This document shows positions 52,830 through 64,000 of a stretch of 64,000 bases of DNA, one piece after another. Numbering within the stretch: position 1 is the first letter of the stretch; each line of letters begins with the position of its first letter. The stretch comes from Octopus sinensis (Eukaryota). The DNA lies in NCBI RefSeq assembly GCF_006345805.1, contig NC_043020.1, positions 21,018,001-21,082,000 of the forward strand. The letters are read 5' to 3'. The position numbers and the translations under genes were made by a program. The notes beneath the pieces were generated by a model. The model was not told the DNA's origin, did no database searches, and saw only the letters and a list, made by a program, of their open reading frames with translations.

Positions 52830-53870
52830 CATAATTTAATAATCTTGTATAATTTTAATTTGTAAATACCTTGTAAGATACTCTTCCAACTGTTTATGGC
52901 TGGCCAAGATCATCCTGCGCAGAGTGCGGCGGGTCATCGACGTCTTGCTGGAGTTCAGCGTCTTGATCAGGCCGACCAAGGTGGGGGGACTCCACCACGT
53001 GCAGCGGTTGTATGTTGTCGACAAACAGGTCTACAATCCTGTGCACCATAGACTGACGGACGCCAATGTCAGCGGTTTGGGCAAACGCATCCCCATTGCT
53101 GGGCTGGCGTGTTTTCTTTGCACATGGTTGCAACGACTGGCTACTGGCACTGCTACCAGAAGATTGTTTGTGCTTCCCACGGGAAAAGCCGGCTTTTATA
53201 CTCTCCTCAAACAGGATGGCATGCGTTTTCCCCTTGATGGTGTTCTCCTTGGGATGGCACATGACGCACCGGAAGTACAGGATGTTGGTGTTCCTCTTAT
53301 CCTTTGACGTAAGGACAAAGTAGTCCTTCGGGTGGGGTCACAGGTTCTGAGACTTCTGGCTCTCAACCTGAGCATCCTTTGCCTCCCCTACAGCCGTTGC
53401 AGTCTCCTCAACAGGCCCTTCATCCTTAGGCCGAACAAAACCGTACCATAACGATAAGCAGTAACCTTCCATAACGATAAGCGTTAACTCGATAAGCCGA
53501 TAACGTACACTGCTATCGCTGACACTATAAGACTGTCTGTAATGTGGCAACGTCGTAAGTGAACACAACTCAAAACTGCAGAATTATACAATGCTGCTCA
53601 GCTAGCTGCTGCTGTGTCGAAGAGTCACGTCTTGTCACGTGTACTTGTAGTCAGCCAATAACGTGTCTGACAGACTCTTTGAGACACGCCTACAACAGAC
53701 AGGAACAAACGTATGAATTTTGTTGGCGGACTTAAAGTTAGCGGAACTAAATTAAAAGGAAGCTGATTGGTCCACTAATAGACCCCCCCACCAAGTTAGT
53801 GAAAACGCTAATCCACTAAACGAAAAGTTAGCGTCACTAATTAGCTGATTAACGGAACCGTGCCCACCAC

Positions 53871-53872
<2 letters not shown>
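52830..53872 (-). mobile_element. hAT-like DNA transposon 5' part with BED-finger-like remnant
   Basis: Terminus CAGTGGTGGGCACGG, subterminal GTTAGCG repeats, and PHPKDYF...LYFRCVMC...KEN, LFVDNIQPLHVVESP. Confidence 0.7.
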
Positions 53873-53905
<33 letters not shown>

Positions 53906-53972
53906 CCGCACGTATATCGTTGGCGATTTTCTTTCTCCGTCTTCCCTTCCTTGGACCTTCCCTTTTTCTATG

Positions 53973-54005
53973 TTTCTGACGAAGTGCTCCGCTCGAAACG
54001 TTAAA
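53973..54005 (+). ncRNA. Minimal HHR motif with intact core in a pseudo-LTR fragment (~53903-54056)
   Basis: TTT-CTGACGA-A-GTG(CTCCG)CTC-GAAA-CG-TT-AAA. Confidence 0.65.
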
Positions 54006-54056
54006 TCCTCTTTCTTTCTTTACTTTCCTGAGCGTCCAATAACACTATACTTGTTC

Positions 54057-55177
54057 CGCACAACGGAAATGTGTATGGCACTGTCCCACTCGGCCACTCA
54101 ACAACTCTGAAGGAAAAATATGAAGAAATTAGGTTGGTTTTAGAGAAGAAATTATTTCGTGATCATAAATGGGTCATCTGCATTGACTTAAAGATGGTGA
54201 ATTTTCTCATGGGACAGCAATCTAGTTATACCAAATACCCACACTTTGTTTGCATGTGGCTCAGTAGAGACCGAGTAAACCACTATGTTAAGAAAGACTG
54301 GCTGCCTCGAAATATGGCTCCATTTAGAACTGCCAATATATTGAAAGAACCTTTAGTTGACCGAGATCATTCCACCCCCTTTGCACATCAAAATCGGATT
54401 GATCAAGCAATTTGTCAAAGCTCTGGATAAAAATGGGGAGTGCTTCAAGTATATCTGCAGTGTATTTCTAGACTTGACAACTGAAAAACTTAAAGCTGGG
54501 ATTTTTGATGGACCACAGATCCGTAAGCTCTTGAAGGACACAAATTTCATGAAAATGAGCAAAAATGAAGCATCATCTTGGCTAGCCTTTGCAAAAGTAG
54601 TACAAAATTTCCTTGGGAAACACAAAAGTGAAAACTATAAAGACCTTGTTACCAACTTGATATCAGCTTTTCGTGATGTTGGCGCGAATATGAGCATCAA
54701 AATGCATTATCTTTTTAGTCATCTTGATAATTTTCCTGGAAATCTTGGAGATATTAGCGATGAACAAGGTGAACGATTCCATCAGGACATCAAGATGAAA
54801 ACTCGGTACCAAGGATGTTGGGATGCTGTGATGATGACAGATTCTTGCTGGTGTTTAAAACAAGATACTCATGTAGCTCAACATTCACAGTGCACAAAGA
54901 AGCGTAAACATATTCCTTGAATTTTCTGCCCCAAATTTTTGCCAATCTGCATTTTCAATTTTAGATTTTTATTTATACTTCGTTTTGTTTTGTTTTACGC
55001 TCTCTTTATTGATTCATATTATATGCCGCTTCTATGAATAAAATACTTACTTTATCAGGTTTAGTCAGAAAACTAGACCTGATAGAGAAACACTTCAGTG
55101 TTTCTCAAGCAAAATCATTTAAGAAATCGTTGAAATATTCCAGGCACCAGACAAAAAGAATTTTTTGTCGCCCTGTG
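54057..55177 (+). mobile_element. Chapaev3-like (CMC) transposon 3' part, frameshifted transposase
   Basis: DLKMVNFL.GQQ..YTK, PLHIKIGLIKQFVKAL, AGIFDGPQIR, MSIKMHYLFSHLD, SDEQGERFHQDI. The 3' end is CTGTG. Confidence 0.75.
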
Positions 55178-55178
55178 T

Positions 55179-55209
<31 letters not shown>

Positions 55210-55699
55210 TATATAAAACCATACAAAAAGCCTCCCCCCCCAAATATCTCAAACAAGACCCACCACAAAACCTGGATTTCTAGTCACTCCAACACCCCTC
55301 CCCCACCGACAAGAACCATCAAGAACCTCCCATACACTAGGAATTATCCCCCCCTCAGTGCTCCCCTCCCTCACACTAATAACAAACAAGGCATCCTACC
55401 CACACCGATACATATAATACCCACCCATCCAACAGCCACATTCCTACTACATATCCTACAGATCTCCAAACCTTCACATCCCACACGAACCTAATCACCA
55501 CAACTACATACCCCTCTACATCGCCCCATACAATCTACCATACACACACCCACAAACCCACCGCATTTCTCACAAAACCTTACACCATCGCATCCCATAC
55601 CAACATAAGTACTACAACTACCTACCCCCTTCCAACCTCCCCACCCCAAAACACCCCCACACATACAACCAGAACTTTAATAAACAATACACCCCTTAC

Positions 55700-57997
55700 C
55701 TCAACAACCATTTTTTAGACAGAGGGGAAAAATACAAACACCACCGCTAACACAGACCCAAAATAAGAAAACAAAAGTTATAAACCTCTCCAGCAATACA
55801 CTGACACCAACCCAAATCAACATCCTAGCAAGAGGTTTGAAATTCACATCCACCCCAAGAACACTCAACCCCCCGGAGGTCAAGGATGACGTTTCTGAAT
55901 TCTGCAGAAAACTTCGTTTAACAGACGTTTTGACAGATCTCAACAATGATTCATTGATCAGAAATAAAAGCAACTTCCTACCATCAAAAGGGAGAAATAA
56001 AACACTGGACGATTTTTGCAAACACATCCAGAGTCTCCCCTTTACCCCAGGCAAAACCAAGGTAAAATCCAATTTCAGTAAGGAAGATTGGAAAAACCTA
56101 CGTGACATACAACTGGATAAAAACCTTACCATCAAAGAAGCCGACAAAGGGAGCGCTGTGGTCCTTATGGACACGGAGTTTTATAAACACCTAGTGCTTT
56201 CCATGCTAAACAATAACACTTTCTATGAGGTTATTAACAACTATAAACAACAAAAAACAATCAGAAACCTCACCACACTCATACTCCAACACGGTCAGGG
56301 ACTCACAGAAAAAGAAAGGGATTATATCACCAATTTCAAATGCAAGCCCAGCCTTTTTTATGGCCTTCTTAAAATCCATAAAAACAAATACATCACCGAA
56401 GCCTGCAAACTCTCCTCTGACATCCACATCAACATCAAAGCACCGGAGGACCTAAAACTAAGGCCCATCGTGGCTGGCACCTCCTGTGAAACACACCGCC
56501 TGAGTAATTTCTTAGACATCCTTTTGAAACCTTTCCTTACCCACATCAAAGGTTTCATTAGGGATGATCTGGACATGCTCAAACACCTCCCGAAAACAGT
56601 TAACGAGGAGGCGCTCCTGGTATCCTTTGATGTCATCAACCTCTACACCAACATCCCACATGAATATGGTATTGAGGCAATTGATTTCTGGCTAGAAAAA
56701 CACCCAGAGACATTCCCTGACCGCATTCACAAGACCTTTATTACGGAATAACTCAAGTTCATTCTGACAAACAATTATTTCCTCTTCGACAACACACACT
56801 ACCGTAAAAAATGTGGTATTGCGATGGGTACCAAGGCTGCACCAGTCCTTGCGAACCTCATAATGGGTTTCTTCGAACTATCACTCTATGAGATATCACG
56901 CCAGAAATTTGGACATGTTTTCCGCACCTACCTAATGGAAAACTGGAAAAGGTTGATTGTTTCATCATATGGAAAGAACCTTATGAAAAACTTCTGGAAT
57001 TCAAAACCATACTGAACAACATACATCCCAACATTCAATTCACTATGGAATTAAGCAAACATCATCTCCCTTTCCTTGATCTCCTAATTATAAAAACACC
57101 TAAGAACCAAATCATAACAGACATCTACACAAACCTACAGACTCACAACAATACCTCCTCTTTAGTTCATGCCACCCAAAACACACCAAGACAAATATCC
57201 CTTTCAACTTAGCTAAAAGGGTATGCACCATTGTCTCAGATCCAAAAACACGAGAAATACGCCTTCAAGACCTAAAAAAAAAACACTATTACAACGCCAA
57301 TATCCCTCCACCCTTATAGAGTATGGAATAAAACGCGCCAAAGAACTAGACAACATTACACTGAAAACCACCCAACCTAACACCACACACAACCCCAAAA
57401 TACTTCCATACATTTCCACCCACAACCCCAAAAATATCGAAGCATACACCACAATCATACAAAACCTCAGTCTACTGTCAACAGACCCAAAAATGAAAAA
57501 CATTATAAATACACACAAAATCCTCAAATGTAAAAGGCAACACAAATCTTAAAAAAAACTCTTGACAAATGCCAAACTTCACACACCACATCCACCCCCA
57601 GCAGTTAAAAAATGTGCACGCCCAAACTGTGGCACCTGCCCCTTCCTACTTGAAGGCTCTGAATTTATCTTCAAACAAGGAACGAAGTTTAAAATCAAGA
57701 CTAACTTCTCCTGTTCCTCCGAGAACCTTATCTACGTTCTCACATGCGCTGGTTGCCAACATAATTATGTTGGACAAACGAGTAGCGGTGCATAAAGAAC
57801 AAATAAATATCCCAGAATACCGACAAATCCCACTGAGTGACCACATAGACTCATGCGCTAAAGACAAAAATCCCAAATTCTACATATTCCCCTTCTACCA
57901 ATGTAAAGACGGGATCACCACACAGGAGAGAATTAACAAGGAGAATCTCTTTATTGAAAAATTCAAAACGCAACTTAATATGCAAACTCCTCGTTGA
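55700..57997 (+). pseudogene. PLE RT-GIY-YIG ORF, disrupted
   Basis: VINLSS, KEADKGSAVV, LKIHK, RPIVAG, SFDVINLYTNIP, GIAMGTKAAP, CARPNCGTCP, LIYVLTCAGCQHNYVGQT. TAA at 56749 and several frameshifts. Confidence 0.9.
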
Positions 57998-58666
57998 TCA
58001 TACTTCCTTTTTCTACCTCATTCTTCATGGGTGGACTAACATAAATATATAAGGATACCATGCATTCATCACTTTAAGCTAAAACTTATATTCTTTAAAT
58101 ATCATTATTATTATTGTTGTTATTATTACTATCATTTTTATTATATATGACATAACAACCTGAAATGTAATTATAAATTGGTTTATGCAATTTATATAAT
58201 TAGAAAATGATATAAATAAAGTGTTAAAATCTGAATGTTAAGTTAGCAAACAATTATATAAAAAAGATAATGCAAATGAAGCTAAAATGATAATTTTATA
58301 ATTTAAGGTTTAATAACACCCTTCATTACAAAAAATTGATAAACACAAATTGAAGAGCTTAAAACCCTTGAGTTGTCTCCCCTTATTCACAACACAGGAA
58401 CTGAAGAACTACTACTACTACTACTTCCTGTTTTGCCAACACCCTTAATTAAACTAAACAACACATGGTTTTAATCCCATTGGATCCTAATAATTCAAGG
58501 TAATTTTTTCGTGAACAATCATTAAACTCAAGATACACAAAGACTTTACAATGTATCGGAGTACTTATTTTTTAATTTTTGTATATATTTATTATTATTT
58601 TTTTGCAAAAAACAATGTAGTTTTCTTTTTCCCCCTCCTCACATTAAAAAAATTTTTTTCCTTTAC

Positions 58667-58708
58667 AATTCTTGAAAAGTCACATTATGACGAAAACCGG
58701 TTTGAATT
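58667..58708 (+). ncRNA. HHR-like motif (decayed core)
   Basis: AATTC-TTGAAAA-GTCA(CATTA)TGAC-GAAA-ACCGGT-TT-GAATT. All three stems pair. Deviations: C3U and G8A. Confidence 0.6.
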
Positions 58709-58865
58709 AATATATATTCATATATTTTATCAATTTTTCAAAAACTTTTTCCATACACCCATTTTCATTAAAATTTTCTTTCAATTTAGCATTCTGCCTT
58801 TTTACAATTTTTCCTTGCTTATCATTTCTCCACCTGCGGTCAACACAACCCCACCATTTATTGAT

Positions 58866-58872
58866 CTATATA

Positions 58873-58942
<70 letters not shown>

Positions 58943-58967
58943 TATATGGATATATATATATATAATA

Positions 58968-59061
<94 letters not shown>

Positions 59062-59065
59062 TAAT

Positions 59066-59101
<36 letters not shown>

Positions 59102-59103
59102 AT

Positions 59104-59139
<36 letters not shown>

Positions 59140-59148
59140 AAATAATAT

Positions 59149-59190
<42 letters not shown>
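58866..59190. repeat. (TA)n/(GA)n compound microsatellite with internal duplication
   Basis: Direct read. Confidence 0.9.
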
Positions 59191-59194
<4 letters not shown>

Positions 59195-59239
59195 ATACCC
59201 ATATATGTGTATGTGAACGTATGTATGTATGTATATGCA

Positions 59240-59650
59240 AGGCATACATATAGGAAAGAGAGTAACAGTGATGGAGAATTCTTGTGGCTGATTTATTTGG
59301 CAGTATCCCATTGGGGGAGGTGAAAACACATTCGAATTTTTCCTTCAGTATTTCACATATTCTTTTGGGGTCTGCAGTCAGTGAACTATTTCTCAGGAAC
59401 AATGGCTTTATTCTGTAATTTACTGAAGCTGATTCTTTTTCAAAAAAATATATAAATTTTTATGATTCGTTTTTTCATGTTTTCCATAGCCCTGCTGTTT
59501 CATCTTCACTTCTTTTTGAAAAGGAGGGCTTGAATTTGTTTTCAGTTTTTAAGAGTAAAGTTTTTATAGTGAATTTTCGCTCGTTGGAGCTATTTGTGAT
59601 ATTTATTTTTCATCTGCAAGAAATTTTCTGTCCCTGTTTTATACACACCC
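59240..59650 (-). mobile_element. CR1-like LINE fragment (pre-RT region)
   Basis: [31 protein letters not shown]. Confidence 0.55.
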
Positions 59651-60339
59651 ACACACACTCATATTTGTATGTTGCTCATGGGAAGATTTAATGCATATGG
59701 CTTGCATCATAGGCTTAATTTGCTGAATATTTATGTCATTGTTCCTTACATGAATAAAGATATGTGTGTGCGTGCGCGCATGTTTTTAATATCACCCCTT
59801 GCTATGGGCAAAGTGGTGAAGGCTGATCTCTAGATGCTGAAATCCAGAAGAAGAGAAAAGGATCACGATCGCTGGTGACATGATTTGCTGGAGTAAACTC
59901 GTTAATTCATGTAAGCATGACGTAGCGAACATTGAAAGGATGATAGCGATGAAGACTGGAAGGTGTATATACCTATATAGGTCGATTGCCCATATAGCCC
60001 TGTTGAACCTCTATCAGTTGCTTCTCCAAATTACACCTAAGACTATTGCCCAATACTTACCCGTTAATTGCTCATCTTCTCTTTGAAATCTTCTCTATCA
60101 TAATCTATCTGTTATTCTCTCTGTGTCTCTCAACTCATTCGTTCTCTCTCAGGTTCAATATATGATAATTGCCTTGTGATTCTCTCAAAGCTGTCTATCA
60201 AAAATCTTTCGGTCTCTCATCCTTCTACCCTTCTGCACTCACCTCTCCTATACACTCTACCACCACACTCTGTCTTTCGTAACATGCTTCCCTACCATCC
60301 TTTCACTGCAATCACTATTCTCTGATCTCATCGTACTCT

Positions 60340-60720
60340 CGATCCCCTTTCTCCCTTCAATTCACCTTATTGATCATGTTGAATAGAGACACTTGTAGAG
60401 TAGTGAGACCTCATACAACTTCAATGGTGCAGATGCCACCATAAAATTGAACCCAATACACTCTGTGAAGTGTTTGGTGCTGGGATGAACATCCAACCAA
60501 AATCTGTTCGAGACGTTGCCCTTCAAACCGTTGGGCAGCAAATCTGAATACGAATTGGTATGAACATGATGATCCCCCAATGCATGCCAGTGTTTTATAG
60601 AGTGTACCGCTTGCCTTTCATGGTGGTATCAGCGCTAGAGAAGTTGTCGTGCATTCGGTATGACAAAAGAGGCTTCCAGACCCACCATTGTCACTTCTCG
60701 ATTCGCCATACACTCTGAAG
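60340..60720 (-). mobile_element. Possible RTE-like LINE 3' fragment
   Basis: Weak: YRMHDN...KGKR in a decayed frame. Confidence 0.35.
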
Positions 60721-61084
60721 AGTGTGCTAGGAGTATTTTATCGTGACACCGACACTAGTGATGATGTTTATACCTTGCTAAATTAAAGAACCCACATTAA
60801 AATTATAGTCAGTCACAATAGATGAACTGAGGTAAGTCAGAGACGAAAGTAAAAGTATGAATGGAAGAAAAGAGTTATTGGGTGTGATAAGGATGGTTGT
60901 TATAGAAGAGACAGTGTTGATGAGGGTATTGGAAGAGAGAGAGAGTGAGAGAGAGTGAGAGAGAGAGAGAAAGACAAACAGACGGACTGAGAGCGTGTTT
61001 AGTGGTGAGTTATTGATAGTGTCATAGAGATGGTCAACGGCAGGAGAAAAGTGATATATTTATTCAGAAGTGATCTAACCTTGA

Positions 61085-61390
61085 AAGCGGGAGGCCTCCA
61101 CCTCTCGCTTCAAGTTCCAATCACTTCCAATTCCTTGCACTTCTTTATGCATTTGTTCTCTCCATACGCATTACACGACCGACTCAAGCAGTCTTTCCTT
61201 TTGTACATTACATCTGATTGCTCTTGCATTCCTCTTTTTCTCTCGGCTTCAGCTTGTTACATGTACACTAACGTTACACATCCAGTAGTACTGCTCAATC
61301 TCCTTCTTTCTAATCTTCGCAAACACTGCATTCAAGTTTCGTGTTGTGACTTGAATGGAGGTGTCTGGTCATTTAAGAGTATCTATTTCT
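61085..61390 (-). mobile_element. RTE-like LINE 3' fragment
   Basis: GRVMRMENKCIKKCKELEVIGT..RWRP. Confidence 0.6.
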
Positions 61391-62409
61391 CATAGTAACC
61401 GTATATATATAAAGATCAATAAAAAAGGAACGATTTCTTAAAGAATAGTAAAATTGCTGCATGACTGGAAATGTTTACAGCTGCACATATCTTCCTTAGC
61501 CTCACACGCACATACACACGCCCCACATAAACGCACACACACTCACGTATAGTGTATACATTGTTTCATATATACACATAACAGCTGCGCACTTGCGTAC
61601 TTGTTCGCACATACGCGCGCGCACTCCCTTGAACACACGAACACACGCACACATTGTTTCATACACCACACACATACTTGTTCGCATACATACACATGCA
61701 CATGTTAGCATCATACACACGCACATATTAGCATCATGCACACACACATATGCTTTCTCATACACGCGCCCATACGCATATTTACACACGCACACATTAG
61801 CTTCTTACAACGCGCTCGCGCACCAGGTCACTGTTTTCTCCTTTGCTGTCCACACCTAAGCCAACTTCTTGGTCTTGCAGTCATTTTAACTTGCTTTGAC
61901 CGTTTTGCTTATATTTCTCTCTCTCCTCATCTATCCTTTCTACAGAAGCATTAAAGTCTCCTTCTATTTTTCCTAAGAGTTAAAGAAGAAAACTCTGTTC
62001 GTTGTTCTTTAATCCCATCTTTGTGTGTTTTTTGTCTTTTTTCTTTTCTTATTTAAGGATCATATATAATATACACTCACGTGGTCCCCCACTTTTCTCG
62101 CGGACTCTCATCTACTTTTCGACCTACTTTTTAGACTATTGCCACCACTCAAGGACTCTCTTACCACCGGACTCCGAACGGATTATCGATGGAACTATTT
62201 ACTACTTAGAATATCACCTTCATGGATTTTACTGAGAACTGTTGTTGATTTGTAGTGCTGACATGGCTGACGGAAGGTAAAAGCTCGTCACATAATAGAT
62301 CAAAAGAACTCGGATATTCCCTGGCAACATGGAAGCTGCTCGGCACTGATGGAAAGAGTGATATCGTCGGAAGGTTAATTTCCAGTTAACAGCTGATAAA
62401 TGATGTCTT

Positions 62410-62801
<392 letters not shown>

Positions 62802-62819
62802 CTACATACATAGTCAATA

Positions 62820-63470
62820 AAACATATATCGGAAAAGAAGCACACTCTAACTAATAGAAGCAGTAATTATTACAAGAAAAATTGAAAGTTTGGACATAGA
62901 GTTACCAAAGGTTTCGTATCCACAAAGCCAAAGCCTTATGGACAGCTCGTCAGACTCTATACAAAGACAAAAAATTAAAACTTTCTAGGTCGCGGACTTG
63001 AGGAAAGGCTCAGAAATCGAGATTTAAGCCTTAACATATAAAAACGTTAATGTGTACGGATTGTCTTCTCTGAACCAGATGATAAAATATCCCTAATAGA
63101 CCTGAAAATGTCTAACCAGCAAATGGGGAGATCTAATTTTACAGTAGGTAGCGTTTGAAGTGGACACATTTAGAGAAAATTTCTTTACGACTATTTAATG
63201 TGCCAGGTTTAGTATATGAATTTTGGCTCTCTCCGCAATGCAGATTTTACAACGGCCTTTCGCATTAATATATAGGCCTGGATGATCTATTATTTTCCAC
63301 CTGATATCAGGTGCCAGATATGGCGGAACAGGGACGTGACAAACCGTCTTTCTGGGACTCTGAAGGACGACTGGTGGTTGCGGAAGCAACGTTTGGGAGA
63401 TGTACTGGCTGATCCAATATATTTATAGACTAGGGATGTGGCTATATACGCACTCCTGGTATATCTCTGA
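62820..63470 (-). mobile_element. 5'-truncated PLE (GIY-YIG end and 3' region)
   Basis: VYIA...KYIGS...FRNHQSSF, IRWKIIDH...GRCKICIAE. Confidence 0.8.
62896..62960 (-). ncRNA. Canonical type I hammerhead ribozyme
   Basis: ATAGAGT-CTGACGA-GCTGTCCA(16 nt)TGGATAC-GAAA-CC(TTT)GG-TA-ACTCTAT. Stem I is 7 bp and perfect, the core is intact, and the triplet is GUA. Confidence 0.88.
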
Positions 63471-63479
63471 TAGGCTCCG

Positions 63480-63955
63480 ATCCTGGGGATGCTGTTGGTA
63501 ACACCGTTGCTGACTCAGTTGATATGGCACAATGATCTGGCGTGTTATCGCCGTGGTTATCACTGCTGGTCGTATGATTGGCGATGTTGCTGCGTGCGGC
63601 CGACCTTAACTCGTCTAGCCTAACGACCCTCCGTGTTTGTTTTCGTTTGGTTTGTTGTGCGTCTCTACTGTCCTGCTTTTGTTACCCTCCGCAAATCCCA
63701 AAGTTTATTTTGGTTCGCGGGAGCATCAGTTTTTCGAAGCCTCATATTGTCGTTAATTGCTCGAAATGTGGAGTAGATGAACAGCCAACAACTGATGAAG
63801 GGTCCTTCTTTATGTTACTCGTCTTGTTTTCCATTTGTTTCTCTCGTTGTTCGCATATCCAAGTTTCCTTTCGTATTTCATGTTATTTTCGTGTTTCATG
63901 ATTCATGTTGTTTGCGTATTTCATGTTGTTTACGTTTTGTGACGTCCTGTAGCCA
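63480..63955. repeat. Unclassified pseudo-LTR-like repeat ending at (TA)n
   Basis: T-rich tail with tandem TTTCATGTTGTTT.CG units. It joins the PLE fragment in an unclear orientation. Confidence 0.35.
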
Positions 63956-64000
63956 TATATGCATATATATATATACATATATATGTAAGTATGTTCATAT

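Larger units (their letters stand above)
55215..58865 (+). mobile_element. Near full-length Neptune-like PLE, both ends at (TA)n
   Basis: RT, a CxxxxCxxC linker and a GIY-YIG with internal CxxC. The 3' region has an HHR-like motif. Confidence 0.9.

Noticed and set aside
63745-63810. CTCGAAATGT...CTGATGAAGGG as a permuted hammerhead
   Set aside because: Position 17 would be G and no stem I can be formed.

Overview
AT-rich eukaryotic repeat DNA. The SINE families and the transposon mix suggest a coleoid cephalopod, probably Octopus (inference). I find no credible host protein-coding gene, rRNA, tRNA gene or CRISPR array. The window is a patchwork of mostly decayed transposons separated by long (TA)n and other microsatellites. 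Non-LTR elements: a near full-length L1/Tx1 LINE (ORF1 with zinc knuckle; ORF2 with APE-RT-zinc finger), a second Tx1-type element that seems to carry ORF1 only, and RTE, CR1, HERO-like and R4-like fragments. At least seven Penelope-like element (PLE) pieces are present, plus tRNA-derived SINEs. LTR elements: a Ty3/gypsy element with a nested RT-less LTR element, and a second, inverted copy of that RT-less element. DNA elements: maT/mariner, hAT, Chapaev3-like and Helitron pieces. The strongest signal outside the ORF track is a dense set of type I hammerhead ribozyme (HHR) motifs: 12 motifs from about 9 sequence families. One is fully canonical (62896-62960). One sits directly behind the Tx1 LINE 3' end and one sits inside a tRNA-headed SINE. 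There are also recurrent fold-back palindromes, including a near-perfect 332-bp palindrome centred on (TA)28. All alignments and folds were done by eye, and element boundaries are approximate unless a TSD or TIR is given.
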